Origin: Gaiellales bacterium
GTDB taxonomy: Bacteria; Actinomycetota; Thermoleophilia; RBG-16-64-13
Assembly: GCA_012719395.1 (NCBI GenBank)
Contig: JAAYAL010000035.1
Span: 6,084 to 70,083, forward strand
DNA length: 64,000 bases
Direction of reading: 5' to 3'
Shown piece after piece: positions 49,439 through 59,142 of the stretch. Each line of letters begins with the position of its first letter. The stretch's first letter is position 1. A model generated the notes under the pieces. That model saw nothing but the letters and a program-made list of their open reading frames with translations. It was not told the origin of the DNA and did no database searches. The position numbers were made by a program, and so were the translations under genes.

Positions 49439-49801
49439 GAGATGTGAGGTCGCGGTGACGGGGGAGGGCAATCATGGCAAACGGCGAGTCCCGAGTGAAC
49501 TCGCTTTCCGATCTATCATCGACTCTCCACTTACCGCTGCTTCTCGTACTCTTCGGAACCTCAGTTCCGTTTTCCTTCTACAGCGTTCCCGTGGTGAGTC
49601 TCCAGTTCGGTGCGTCTGAACTCTCGGGACTCTACTTGTATTGTAATCGACCGACCGGGCCTGTCAACCGTCCCTCCTGTCGAAAGATGCCGCAAAATGG
49701 GGCAACCGGGGGCGGACGGCCGTGCGCCGGCAGCGGACAGTCAGCCTTGCGGCTGAGGTGTTGACGCCCGCATGGCGTGAGGTTCCCGGCCCGGAGACGT
49801 G

Positions 49802-49810
49802 TGTTACAAT
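49802..49810 (+). promoter_or_regulatory. Extended -10 promoter element TGTTACAAT upstream of tRNA-Gly
   Basis: The TGn + TACAAT motif sits 18 nt upstream of the mature tRNA 5' end. Confidence 0.4.
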
Positions 49811-49827
49811 CCGGGCAGTCTTCGCGG

Positions 49828-49903
49828 GCGGAGTTAACTCAGCTGGTAGAGTGCCAGCTTCCCAAGCTGGATGTCGCGGGTTCGATCCCCGTACTCCGCT
49901 CCA
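49828..49903 (+). tRNA. tRNA-Gly (anticodon CCC)
   Basis: A cloverleaf was folded by hand. It has a 7-bp acceptor stem GCGGAGT/ACTCCGC, a D-arm ACTC/GAGT, an anticodon stem CCAGC/GCTGG with loop TTCCCAA, a T-arm GCGGG-TTCGATC-CCCGT, a discriminator T and an encoded CCA. Confidence 0.85.
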
Positions 49904-50069
49904 TTCTTTCTTCGCCCTTGCCCTCAGTAACCCAGCGGCGTTGCTCCGAAAGCCACGGTCCCCGCCGCCGTGCCCGGGTGTTCGAGTACCACTCTTCTCT
50001 GGCTTTACCCCCTCCGGTATACTCTGCGCGCCGCTGAGCGGCTCTGAAAACCGGGAAGTGGGTGACGAG

Positions 50070-50366
50070 GTGGATACACAGCCTGCCGAGCATGCAAAGC
50101 AGGCGGATACTACGCAGGTCCTGCACCGTTTGCGGCGCATCGAGGGCCAGGTCCGCGGACTGCAGAGGATGATCCAGGAGGGTCAGGAGTGTGAGGCCGT
50201 GCTGACGCAACTGTCGGCCGTCAAGTCGGCTCTGGACCGGGTGGGCGTGTTCCTCATCACGCATCGCATGAGGGAGTGCCTGCAGTCGTCCGATCAGACG
50301 CTGGATGAGCGGTCCCTGGAGCAGGCTTTTGAAGTCTTTCTCCGATACTCGCAATCTTTCAGGTGA
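50070..50366 (+). CDS. CsoR/RcnR/FrmR-family metal-sensing transcriptional repressor
   Basis: LRRIEGQVRGLQRMIQEGQECEAVLTQLSAVKSALDRVGVFLITHRMRECL carries the C-H-C metal ligand pattern. Its stop overlaps the trxB start. Confidence 0.7.
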   Translation: MDTQPAEHAKQADTTQVLHRLRRIEGQVRGLQRMIQEGQECEAVLTQLSAVKSALDRVGVFLITHRMRECLQSSDQTLDERSLEQAFEVFLRYSQSFR

Positions 50367-51340
50367 CGGGGGTCACGGTGGGTGCTGAGCCGGTGGCAAC
50401 GACTGATCTGCTCATCCTTGGTGGAGGGCCGGCCGGTTTGACGGCCGCCATCTATGCTGCGCGTGCCGGTGTGAAGACATTGGTGCTGGAAAGGCAGATG
50501 ACGGGCGGGCAAATCGCGACGTCGGAGCGGGTGGAGAATTTCCCCGGCTTCCCCGATGGTGTGGGTGGCATGGAGTTGTTGGAACTCTTCAAGCAGCAGG
50601 CGCTGCATTTCGGGGCGGAGATAAGGGAGATTGAGGAGGCGGAGGACTTTGTCCCCGGCGCTCCGCACCGCGTGGTGACTGGGTCGGGTACCTACGGCGG
50701 GCATGCAGTCATCATCGCCACCGGTCTGGACCCGCAGGGGCTCGGCTGTGACGGAGAGGATCGCTTTCGGGGCCGCGGGGTCTCGTACTGTGCCACCTGT
50801 GACGGCGCGTTCTTCCGCGATCGCACGGTGGCGGTGGTGGGAGGGGGGAATTCGGCGGTGGAGGAAGCGCTTTTCCTCACACGCTTTGCCCGCAAGGTCT
50901 ATCTCATCCACAGGCGCGACAAGCTGCGCGCGGATTTCGTGTTGCAGAAGCGGGCGCTTGAGAATCCCAAGATCGAGGCCCTGTGGACCGCTCAGGTGCG
51001 TGAGGTGCGAGGCGAGGACAAGGTCGAAGCGGTCTTGGTGGATTTCGCGGATCGCCAGGAGACCCGGGAGATCCCGGTGGATGGAGTCTTCCTGTATGTG
51101 GGGCAGAGACCGAACACCGGCTTTGTCAAGGAAGTGCTACAGATGGACCAGAGCGGCTTCATCATGACCACCCACCTGCTGGCCACCAACCTGGCCGGCG
51201 TGTACGCGGCCGGCGACTGCCGGTTCAATCCCATGAAGCAGGTAGTGTGGGCCGCGGCGGAAGGAGCGCTGGCGGCGCAGCAGGCCGGCAAGTACCTGGA
51301 AGAGGCGGGGGTGTGCCGTCTCGACGTGGAGCACGACTGA
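50363..51340 (+). CDS. trxB: Thioredoxin-disulfide reductase
   Basis: The redox motif CATCDG lies in GVSYCATCDGAFFRD. FAD-binding (ILGGGPAGLTAAIYAARAG) and NADPH-binding (VVGGGNSAVEEALFL) motifs are present. Confidence 0.9.
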   Translation: MTGVTVGAEPVATTDLLILGGGPAGLTAAIYAARAGVKTLVLERQMTGGQIATSERVENFPGFPDGVGGMELLELFKQQALHFGAEIREIEEAEDFVPGAPHRVVTGSGTYGGHAVIIATGLDPQGLGCDGEDRFRGRGVSYCATCDGAFFRDRTVAVVGGGNSAVEEALFLTRFARKVYLIHRRDKLRADFVLQKRALENPKIEALWTAQVREVRGEDKVEAVLVDFADRQETREIPVDGVFLYVGQRPNTGFVKEVLQMDQSGFIMTTHLLATNLAGVYAAGDCRFNPMKQVVWAAAEGALAAQQAGKYLEEAGVCRLDVEHD

Positions 51341-51581
51341 CGGTACTGGTGTGAGCACATGGTCTCGCTATGGATGGGTGGTGATCCTGCTCGTCGTTCT
51401 GGAGGTAGTGATGGGCGTGGGTGGGGCGTTGAGCGGCGCCCTCCTGCTGGCCGATCCGGAGAACGGGCTGGGCATGGCAACCGAAATCCTGCAGGGCAGT
51501 CCCTTCGGGGACTTCGCGATCCCCGGCATCATCCTGTTCCTGGCCATCGGCGTGCGGGCCGTGGCGGCACGGCCCGCACGG

Positions 51582-52406
51582 TCAGGCCAGCCGCTCAGTC
51601 AGCCAGGCCAGCACCCGCCGGTGTACCAGCGGCGAGCTCTGCAGGGAGGTGTGACTGCCCTCGGGGAACAGCCAGAGGTCGGCTTCATCACCGAGCGCTG
51701 CGGCCAAGTCCAGGGAGTGTTGGAAGGGGACTCTTTCATCGCCCCGGGCATGGGCGATCAGTACGGGGTTCCTCACCATCTCGGCGTCATCCGCCAGCCG
51801 ATGGTGACGGTAGAACTCGATGAGCGCCTCGTCGTCCAGCCGGGCCTCCAACCCATCGTTGGAGCGAGTGGACCACTCATGCTTCCTCTCCATGGCCCGC
51901 AGCAGGACCTCTTCGTTGGCGGGGCACAGCACGGCCACAGCGGCGAAGTCCGCATCGACGGCTGCCCTGACACCGTAGTAGCCACCCATGCTGGATCCGC
52001 GATAGCCGATGCGGTGGGGATCGACCAGCGGGTGGGTGCGCAGCAGGTTGACCGCGGCCAGGATGTCGCATTCCAAGGGACCGTCCGCCAGTCCTCCGCT
52101 GTCCCCGTGGCCTCGGAAGTCAATGCCCAGGACGGCAAAGCCCGCGTGACAGGCGTCAAAACAGAAGCCGCGATGGCGTGCGCGACAACTGCCTGCGCCA
52201 TGTGCCACGAGGAGGCCGGGCAGACGCGCGGGGCCGGGGTGGGCGTTTGCCGGCAGAAAAAGGGTAGCAGCCAGAAGTGGGGGCCTGCCCGCGTCGTCCG
52301 GCCGGCGGCCGGCGGTGTGCCGGTGCGCTGCCAAGCTGAGAAAGCGTAGGTCCTCGCAGAAGATGTCCGGCGGGCAGGGAAGGAAGCTATGGGCCTGGGA
52401 GGTCAT
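51582..52406 (-). CDS. Alpha/beta hydrolase (dienelactone hydrolase/peptidase S9-like)
   Basis: The nucleophile elbow GSSMGG lies in IGYRGSSMGGYYGV. GIDFRGHGDSGG is present. The hydrolase fold is 274 aa. Confidence 0.65.
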   Translation of the reverse strand: MTSQAHSFLPCPPDIFCEDLRFLSLAAHRHTAGRRPDDAGRPPLLAATLFLPANAHPGPARLPGLLVAHGAGSCRARHRGFCFDACHAGFAVLGIDFRGHGDSGGLADGPLECDILAAVNLLRTHPLVDPHRIGYRGSSMGGYYGVRAAVDADFAAVAVLCPANEEVLLRAMERKHEWSTRSNDGLEARLDDEALIEFYRHHRLADDAEMVRNPVLIAHARGDERVPFQHSLDLAAALGDEADLWLFPEGSHTSLQSSPLVHRRVLAWLTERLA

Positions 52407-52939
52407 ACGTTCAACTCCGCCAGGTGGGGGAGATTGCGGTGGAGTTGGCGGTAGTCGAAGCCATAGCCCACAAAGTACGTGTCTGGAACCGTGAAGCCGC
52501 GGTAACGGACGTCAAGGTCCACCAGCCGGCGGTAGGGGCGGTCCAGCAGGGTGCAGACTTCCAGGGAGCGAGGCTGCTTGGCGGCCAAGAAGCGCAGGAT
52601 GTAGTAGAGCGTGAGGCCTGTATCAATGATGTCCTCCACCACCAACACGTCCTTGTCGAAAAGAGGCATGCCGGCGTCTTTGGTGATCTGGATGTTGGAG
52701 GCTCCGGGAACGTCGTGGTCCTGTTGGTACGAGGATATGGCGACGTAGTCCATCTCCAGAGGCAGGGAGACCGCCCGGGCCAGGTCCGCCATGAAGAAGA
52801 CGGTGCCTTTGAGCACTGAAAGGAGCAGCAGGTTCCCTCCCTCGTAGTCCTGAGTGATCTCCCGGCCCATCTCGGTCACCCGCGCGGCGATGGCCTTGCC
52901 GTCCAGGTAAACGGGGCCGATCACTCCTTGCTGAATCAT
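52403..52939 (-). CDS. hpt: Hypoxanthine phosphoribosyltransferase
   Basis: The PRPP-binding motif lies in VLVVEDIIDTGLTLYYI. A flexible-loop motif is present, and the protein is 178 aa. Confidence 0.85.
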   Translation of the reverse strand: MIQQGVIGPVYLDGKAIAARVTEMGREITQDYEGGNLLLLSVLKGTVFFMADLARAVSLPLEMDYVAISSYQQDHDVPGASNIQITKDAGMPLFDKDVLVVEDIIDTGLTLYYILRFLAAKQPRSLEVCTLLDRPYRRLVDLDVRYRGFTVPDTYFVGYGFDYRQLHRNLPHLAELNV

Positions 52940-52961
52940 GTCCTGCCTCTTGCCTTGGCTC

Positions 52962-53330
52962 TCAGGAGGTCATGCTGAGGTTGTATTTCTTGGCCAGTTG
53001 CACGAAGTCCCGTTTCTGGAACAGCTTGACGTGGATGTCCGGGTACTTCTCCTGGAGCTTGCGCACTTTGCGATGCTTGGCTGTGGTGAGCGACTGCTTC
53101 ATCTCCGTCACCTCCAGATAGAGGTCAAGCTCCGGCAGGTAGAAATCCGGAGTGAACGCTTCCAGGATGTTACCGCGGTCATCTTGATCCAGGATGAAGG
53201 TGCGGGGCTCGTAGAGCCAGGGAACACGATAGTAGTCCAGGATTCGTGCTGCCTGGATCTCAGAGGCGGTAGCGAACCGTGGCGGCTTGTGGCCACGGTA
53301 GTACGAGAAAGGCAGTCTGTCTTCACTCAT
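52962..53330 (-). CDS. Hypothetical protein (lower-GC segment)
   Basis: MSEDRLPFSYYRGHKPPRF... is 122 aa with no recognised family. Start is taken at the internal ATG 53330; the track ORF extends to 53483. Confidence 0.4.
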   Translation of the reverse strand: MSEDRLPFSYYRGHKPPRFATASEIQAARILDYYRVPWLYEPRTFILDQDDRGNILEAFTPDFYLPELDLYLEVTEMKQSLTTAKHRKVRKLQEKYPDIHVKLFQKRDFVQLAKKYNLSMTS

Positions 53331-53429
53331 TCTCTGACGTAGTCTAGCAGAGCGGAAAGCGCGTCGGGGTGGGGCTCCTGTGCTACCGTTACTCGATTCA
53401 AATCGTACATCTCTCGTGGGGAACGCAGC

Positions 53430-54749
53430 ATGACGCATACGCTTATCTACCCTGTTCACTCGGCCCACAACACCGTGGGGCACTTGGAGATAGACGGCTG
53501 CGACGTGGTGTCACTGGCGCGGCAGTACGGTACCCCACTGGTTATCTACGAGGAGAAGACACTCCGTGACCAGTGCCGGCGGTTCGTGGAGGCGTTTCGA
53601 TTGCGCACGGCTGAATCGGAGATCATCTACGCCAGCAAGGCGTTACCGATCGTGGCCCTGTTCCAGCTGGTGGAGGAGGAGGGGCTGTCTCTGGATGTGG
53701 CGTCCGGGGGCGAGTACCACACGGCTTTGGCGGCCGGTTTTCCCACTGAACGGATTTTCTTCCACGGCAACAACAAGTCCCCCTGGGAGCTGGAGTACGC
53801 GCTGCAGCACGGCATCGGCACCGTGGTGGTGGACAGCGTGGACGAGATGGAACTGTTGGAGCGGTTGCTGCAGGTGCGTGGCGCTAGGCAGCGTGTCCTG
53901 CTGCGTATCACGCCCGGCATCGAGGCTCACACGCACGAGTACATCCAGACCGGGCAGATTGACTCCAAATTCGGCTTCGGCTTGGCGGGGGGAGCGGCGT
54001 TGGAATCCATCGGCCGGGCCATGGGCTCACCGTCGCTGGATCTGTGGGGTCTCCATGCGCACATTGGCAGTCAAATCTTCGAGCTGGATTCCTATCGGGG
54101 TGAGATTCGTGTGCTGGCGGACCTGATGCGGGAAGCGAAGGATCGCTTTGGCTTCGATTGCCGCTGGCTCAACGCGGGTGGCGGCTTGGGCGTACGCTAC
54201 ACGCCTGATGATTCGCCCGCCCCCATAGACTCCTACGCGGAGGTGGTCTGTCGCGGTGTGGAGGAGGAGATGGCTCGGGTGGGGCTGCCAATGCCGCGGA
54301 TCCTCATTGAGCCGGGGCGCTCGGTGGTGGCCAAAGCGGGAGTGACGGCGTACACCATCGGAACGGTCAAGCAACTACCGGGCATCCGCACCTACGTCAG
54401 CGTCGACGGCGGCATGAGCGACAATATTCGGCCCATGTTGTACGGGGCCAAGTACGAGGCCATGCTTGCCAACAAGGTGGAGCAGCAGCCGGACACCATG
54501 GTGACGGTGGCAGGCAAGCACTGCGAGAGCTCCGATATCCTGGCGCGGGATGTGGAGCTGCCTTCGCCGCAAGTGGGTGACACGCTGGTGATTCCGGCCA
54601 CGGGTGCCTACTGCTATGCCATGGCCTCCAACTACAACGGGAACCTGCGTCCCGCCGTGGTGATGGTGGAGGACGGGAAGGCCCGTATCATCGTCGAGAG
54701 GGAGAGCTTTGAGGACCTGGTGAAACGTCAGCGTCCTCTGCATGGATAG
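53430..54749 (+). CDS. lysA: Diaminopimelate decarboxylase
   Basis: The translation has a fold-III PLP decarboxylase layout (YASKALPIVALFQLVEEEGLSLDVASGGEY; HIGSQI; EPGRSVVA; CESSD). Confidence 0.9.
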   Translation: MTHTLIYPVHSAHNTVGHLEIDGCDVVSLARQYGTPLVIYEEKTLRDQCRRFVEAFRLRTAESEIIYASKALPIVALFQLVEEEGLSLDVASGGEYHTALAAGFPTERIFFHGNNKSPWELEYALQHGIGTVVVDSVDEMELLERLLQVRGARQRVLLRITPGIEAHTHEYIQTGQIDSKFGFGLAGGAALESIGRAMGSPSLDLWGLHAHIGSQIFELDSYRGEIRVLADLMREAKDRFGFDCRWLNAGGGLGVRYTPDDSPAPIDSYAEVVCRGVEEEMARVGLPMPRILIEPGRSVVAKAGVTAYTIGTVKQLPGIRTYVSVDGGMSDNIRPMLYGAKYEAMLANKVEQQPDTMVTVAGKHCESSDILARDVELPSPQVGDTLVIPATGAYCYAMASNYNGNLRPAVVMVEDGKARIIVERESFEDLVKRQRPLHG

Positions 54750-56043
54750 GATCCAGAGGAGCGTGCCGACTGTGGAGAAGGTGAAGATCGGACTGCTGGG
54801 GTACGGCGTGGTGGGCTCGAGCGTGTACCGCCTGCTCACCAAGGAGCGTGTTCGCATCCTGGAGGGCACGGGTGTGGACCTGGAGGTCACCCGCATCGCG
54901 GAGATGGATACCACCAAGCACGGTGCGGACGCCCCGGCCTCTCTCTTCACCACCGATGGCTCGGCTGTGGTGGAGGACCCGAGCATCGATGTGGTGGTGG
55001 AGCTGTTCGGCGGCGTGGATGCCGCCTTTGAGCTGATCAGCTGCGCCCTGCGGAACGGCAAGAACGTGGTCACCGCCAACAAGCAACTGCTGGCCAATCG
55101 GGGGGCGGCCCTCTTCGAGTTGGCACGGGAGAAGGGGCGCCAGATCCGGTTTGAGGCGTCGGTAGGGGGTGCCATCCCGATCATCAAGGTGATGCGGGAG
55201 AGTATGTTTGCGGCGGAACTCCACACCGTGTACGGCATCGTGAACGGCACCACCAACTACATCCTCACGGCCATGCTCCGGGGAGAAGGAGACTACGCGG
55301 CAACGCTGGCCCGCGCCCAGGAATTGGGCTACGCAGAGGCGGATCCCACCGCGGATGTGAACGGTGCCGACGCGGCCGCCAAAATGGCCATCCTGGCCTC
55401 CATCGCCTTCCATTCGCGCGTCACGCTGCAGGACGTGACCTTCGAAGGGATCGCCTCCATCCAGCCCGAGGACATCGCCTATGCGCGAGACCTGGGTTTC
55501 GTGATCAAGCTGGTGGGCTCAGCGCGTCTGCTGGATGAGCAGGTCAACGTGCGTGTGGCTCCCACTCTGGTACCGGCCGGGCACCCGCTGGCCGGCATCA
55601 ATGGCTCCTACAACGCGGTGCTGCTGGTGGGCCACGCCATCGATGAGATCATGCTGTCCGGCCCCGGCGCCGGCGGCCTGCAGACATCAACCGCCGTCAT
55701 CAGCGATATCGTCTCCATCGTCAGCACCAAGACCACCGGTTTCATGCAGAACTGCTCCTGTTACCGCGCGCTGCCGCTGCTGGCGGAGGAGGAGATGCGC
55801 TCCGCCTTCTTCATACGCGTGCGGGTGGAGGACCGGCCGGGGGTGCTGGCGCAGCTGGCCTCCATCTTCGGCGAGCGGGACGTCTCCATCGAGAGTCTTA
55901 TCCAAAAGGGCCACGGGGACCAGGCGGAGCTGGTCCTCATCACGCATCCTTCGCCGGAGAAGGACTTCCGTGCCGCCCTGGAGGCCATTGCCGGGTTGAG
56001 CAGCGTGCGCAGCCGGCCCATGACAATCCGTGTATTGGGGTAG
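54742..56043 (+). CDS. hom: Homoserine dehydrogenase with C-terminal ACT domain
   Basis: It has a Rossmann motif IGLLGYGVVGS, a catalytic region, and an ACT-like C-terminus (FFIRVRVEDRPGVLAQLASIFGERDVSIESL). It overlaps the lysA end by 8 nt. Confidence 0.9.
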   Translation: MDRIQRSVPTVEKVKIGLLGYGVVGSSVYRLLTKERVRILEGTGVDLEVTRIAEMDTTKHGADAPASLFTTDGSAVVEDPSIDVVVELFGGVDAAFELISCALRNGKNVVTANKQLLANRGAALFELAREKGRQIRFEASVGGAIPIIKVMRESMFAAELHTVYGIVNGTTNYILTAMLRGEGDYAATLARAQELGYAEADPTADVNGADAAAKMAILASIAFHSRVTLQDVTFEGIASIQPEDIAYARDLGFVIKLVGSARLLDEQVNVRVAPTLVPAGHPLAGINGSYNAVLLVGHAIDEIMLSGPGAGGLQTSTAVISDIVSIVSTKTTGFMQNCSCYRALPLLAEEEMRSAFFIRVRVEDRPGVLAQLASIFGERDVSIESLIQKGHGDQAELVLITHPSPEKDFRAALEAIAGLSSVRSRPMTIRVLG

Positions 56044-56066
56044 CACCCGCCTCGTCGCTGGGACGG

Positions 56067-57401
56067 ATGGGATGTCCCGTGTTGTGTGTCATCAAGGAGG
56101 TCAAGAAGCAGATGTGCAGTGACGCCGTGTTCAATCCTTTCGTCGTGGCCCAGCGACAGTTCGATCGAGTAGCCGACCTGCTGGAGCTGGACGAGGCTAC
56201 CAGAGCCCTGTTGCGGGAGCCCATGCGTGAGTACCATGTCAGTATCCCCGTGCGCATGGATGACGGCCGGGTGAAGGTGTTTCGCGGCTTCCGCTGTCAG
56301 CACAATGATGCGCTGGGACCCAGCAAGGGCGGCATACGCTTCCACCCGCAGGAGACGGTGGACACCATCAGGGCGCTGTCTATGTGGATGACGTGGAAAT
56401 GTGCTGTGGTTGGCATCCCCTTGGGAGGGGCCAAAGGCGGCGTTATCTGTGACCCTCACGACCTGAGTGCCCGGGAGCAGGAAGGTATCTGCCGTGGCTG
56501 GGTGCGGCAACTGGCCAAGGTGGTGGGACCGCTCGCCGATGTGCCGGCGCCGGACGTGATGACCAATGCCGAGCACATGCTGTGGATGCTTGACGAGTAT
56601 GAGGCCATCCATGGGGGTCGCTTTCCCGGGTTCATCACCGGTAAACCGGTGGGGATGGGTGGCTCGCTGGGCCGTACGGAGGCCACCGGCTACGGGCTCA
56701 TCTTCACGGTGCGGGAAGCCCTCAAGGAAATGGGCATGGACATCGCTGAGACCACAGCCAGCGTGCAGGGTTTCGGCAACGTGGCCCAGTATGCCGTTGA
56801 GCTTTACCAAATGATGGGGGGCAAGGTCACGGCCATCTCCTGCTGGGACCAGGTGGCCTGCACTCCCTTCGCCTACCGCAAGACGGCCGGTGTGGACCTG
56901 GGGGAGTTGCGTGGTGTCACCGATCGTTTCGGCGGGATAGACCAGGAGAAGGCCGCGGCGCTTGGCTACGAGCCCATCCCGGGCGAGAAGTGGCTGGAGC
57001 AGGACGTGGACATCCTGATCCCGGCTGCCATGGAGAACCAGATCACGGCGGAAGCCGTGGGTCGCATCTCCGGCCGCGTGAAGCTGATTGCCGAAGGGGC
57101 CAATGGGCCCACGGCTCCCGAGGCCGATCCGCTCCTGGTTGAGCGGGGCATCGTGAATATCCCGGACTTCCTGGCCAACGCCGGTGGAGTCACCTGCAGC
57201 TACTTTGAGCAGGTCCAGAGCAACATGAACTTCTACTGGCCGCGAGATGAGGTCCTGGGGCGGCTGGACACCAAGATGACCGACGCCTTCCTGGCGGTCA
57301 GCGAGTTGGCGCGGAGGCGCAACCTGTCATTGCGTGACGCGGCGTACGTCATCGCCGTGGATCGAGTGGCAAAGGCCAGCAAGGACCGTGGCTGGGTCTG
57401 A
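56067..57401 (+). CDS. gdhA: Glutamate dehydrogenase (Glu/Leu/Phe/Val dehydrogenase family)
   Basis: The catalytic Lys region GPSKGGIRFHPQ is present, together with GIPLGGAKGGV and the NAD(P) motif QGFGNVAQ. A possible alternative start lies at Met 56114. Confidence 0.85.
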   Translation: MGCPVLCVIKEVKKQMCSDAVFNPFVVAQRQFDRVADLLELDEATRALLREPMREYHVSIPVRMDDGRVKVFRGFRCQHNDALGPSKGGIRFHPQETVDTIRALSMWMTWKCAVVGIPLGGAKGGVICDPHDLSAREQEGICRGWVRQLAKVVGPLADVPAPDVMTNAEHMLWMLDEYEAIHGGRFPGFITGKPVGMGGSLGRTEATGYGLIFTVREALKEMGMDIAETTASVQGFGNVAQYAVELYQMMGGKVTAISCWDQVACTPFAYRKTAGVDLGELRGVTDRFGGIDQEKAAALGYEPIPGEKWLEQDVDILIPAAMENQITAEAVGRISGRVKLIAEGANGPTAPEADPLLVERGIVNIPDFLANAGGVTCSYFEQVQSNMNFYWPRDEVLGRLDTKMTDAFLAVSELARRRNLSLRDAAYVIAVDRVAKASKDRGWV

Positions 57402-59142
57402 CAAGGAGCACCGGGGGCTGTTCCCCCCGTTCGATCGTCGCTTCTTTGAGAGTGACGCCACATTCACGCGCGTAGGTACCGGAGTGCTCGGGGGCAAGGC
57501 CGAAGGCCTTGCCTTCGTGCATGCGGAGGTCATCTCCCTGCTTAGCGGCGGCTGCCCGAACGGTGTTGAGGTGTCCGTTCCTCGGATGATGGTCATTGCC
57601 TCCGACATGTTTGACGCCTTCATGCAGCGCAACCGCCTGGAGGAGTCGGCCGCCGACGGTGCGCCGGATGAGCGGGTGGCTCACGCGTTCATGCAGGGTG
57701 AGCTTCCGGCCGAGATGCTGGGTGACCTGCAGGCGCTGGTGGAATCGGTACGTTCACCCTTGGCTGTGCGCTCCTCTTCGCTGCTGGAAGACGCACTCGC
57801 GCATCCTTTCGCCGGTGTCTACGGGACCAAGATGATCCCCAATCACCAGCCGGCGGCCTCCGACCGTTTCGCCAAGCTGACGGAGGCGGTCAAGTTCGTG
57901 TACGCCTCTACCTACTTCTCGGCGGCCAAGGCGTATCGTCAGGGTCTGAGGATACCGGAGGGTCAGGAGAAGATGGCCGTCATTGTGCAGGAGGTCATAG
58001 GGGAACGGCACGGGTCGCGCTTCTACCCGGAGGTCTCGGGGGTGGCCCGCTCTTACAGCTACTACCCACTCCCCGGCGCGCGGTCGGAGGAAGGGATGGT
58101 GAGCTTGGCGCTGGGTTTGGGTAAGACCGTGGTCGACGGTGGGACCTGCTGGACGTACACGCCGTCTCGCCCTTCCGCGCCGCCGCCTGTGGGTTCGGGC
58201 CGGGCGCTGCTCGACGCAACACAGACGAACTTCTGGGCGGTCAACATGGGGGCGGCTCCATACGATCCTGCACGGGAGACGGAATACCTGTTCCAGCCCT
58301 CTCTTCAGGAGGCGGAAGGCGACGGCACACTGCTCCACCTGGCATCCACGTATGATGCGGTCTCGGACCGGGTGAGGCCGGGAATCGGCCGGCCGGGCCC
58401 GCGGGTCCTCAACTTCGGGCCCATGCTGGAGCTGAGCACGATTCCTCTCAACGACTGCGTGAGGGCCATGCTCGCCTGCTCGCGGGAGAGGCTGGGTTGC
58501 GAGGTGGAGGTGGAGTTCGCCGCTTGTCTGGCCGGGCGCCGGCGGGAGACCACCAAACTGGGGTTCCTGCAGTTGCGTCCCATGGCCTCTCCCGGTTCCT
58601 ACGTGACGGTGGACGTGGAGGACCTGTGGGGCGACGAAGTGCTGCTGGCCTCCGAGCGCTGCCTGGGCAACGCTGTGGTGAGCGACATCCGCGATGTGGT
58701 GTATGTGAAGCCCGGCAGCTTCGATGCGGGCAAGACCGGGAGGATTGCGCAGGAAGTGGGAGCGATGAACCGGGCTTTGCTGGCGGAGGGAAGGAAGTAC
58801 GTGCTCATAGGCTTCGGTCGCTGGGGGACGTCGGACCCCTGGCTGGGCATCCCCGTGGAATGGGGACAGATCTCAGGGGCGGGTGTGCTGGTTGAGGCGG
58901 CGCTGGACACCATGCAGCCGGAGATGAGCCAGGGTTCCCACTTCTTCCACAATCTCGTCAGCACCCACACGCTGTTCTTCTCCGTGCCACTGGGCGCCGG
59001 TCCGCAGGTGGACTGGCAGTGGCTCAAGCGGCAGGAAGTGGTGCGGGAATCGGACCATGTCCGGCATGTGCGGGCCGCAACTCCCCTGTCCGCCCATGTC
59101 GATGGCAGAAGCGGCCGGGGAGTGGTCATGCACCATGGCTAG
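57334..59142 (+). CDS. PEP/pyruvate-binding (PPDK_N / PEP synthase N-terminal ATP-grasp-like) domain protein, paralog 1
   Basis: The motifs VGTGVLGGKAEGL and AVRSSSLLEDALAHPFAGVYGT match PPDK_N motifs (GGKAANL; AVRSSAT.ED...SFAGQ). A conserved C-terminal block is present: GFGRWGTSDP...SQGSHFFHNLV. There is no PEP-utilizer C-domain. The start is ambiguous: no ATG/GTG/TTG lies between the gdhA stop and the GGK motif, and CTG ~57418 is preceded by AAGGAG. Confidence 0.65.
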   Translation: MTRRTSSPWIEWQRPARTVAGSDKEHRGLFPPFDRRFFESDATFTRVGTGVLGGKAEGLAFVHAEVISLLSGGCPNGVEVSVPRMMVIASDMFDAFMQRNRLEESAADGAPDERVAHAFMQGELPAEMLGDLQALVESVRSPLAVRSSSLLEDALAHPFAGVYGTKMIPNHQPAASDRFAKLTEAVKFVYASTYFSAAKAYRQGLRIPEGQEKMAVIVQEVIGERHGSRFYPEVSGVARSYSYYPLPGARSEEGMVSLALGLGKTVVDGGTCWTYTPSRPSAPPPVGSGRALLDATQTNFWAVNMGAAPYDPARETEYLFQPSLQEAEGDGTLLHLASTYDAVSDRVRPGIGRPGPRVLNFGPMLELSTIPLNDCVRAMLACSRERLGCEVEVEFAACLAGRRRETTKLGFLQLRPMASPGSYVTVDVEDLWGDEVLLASERCLGNAVVSDIRDVVYVKPGSFDAGKTGRIAQEVGAMNRALLAEGRKYVLIGFGRWGTSDPWLGIPVEWGQISGAGVLVEAALDTMQPEMSQGSHFFHNLVSTHTLFFSVPLGAGPQVDWQWLKRQEVVRESDHVRHVRAATPLSAHVDGRSGRGVVMHHG

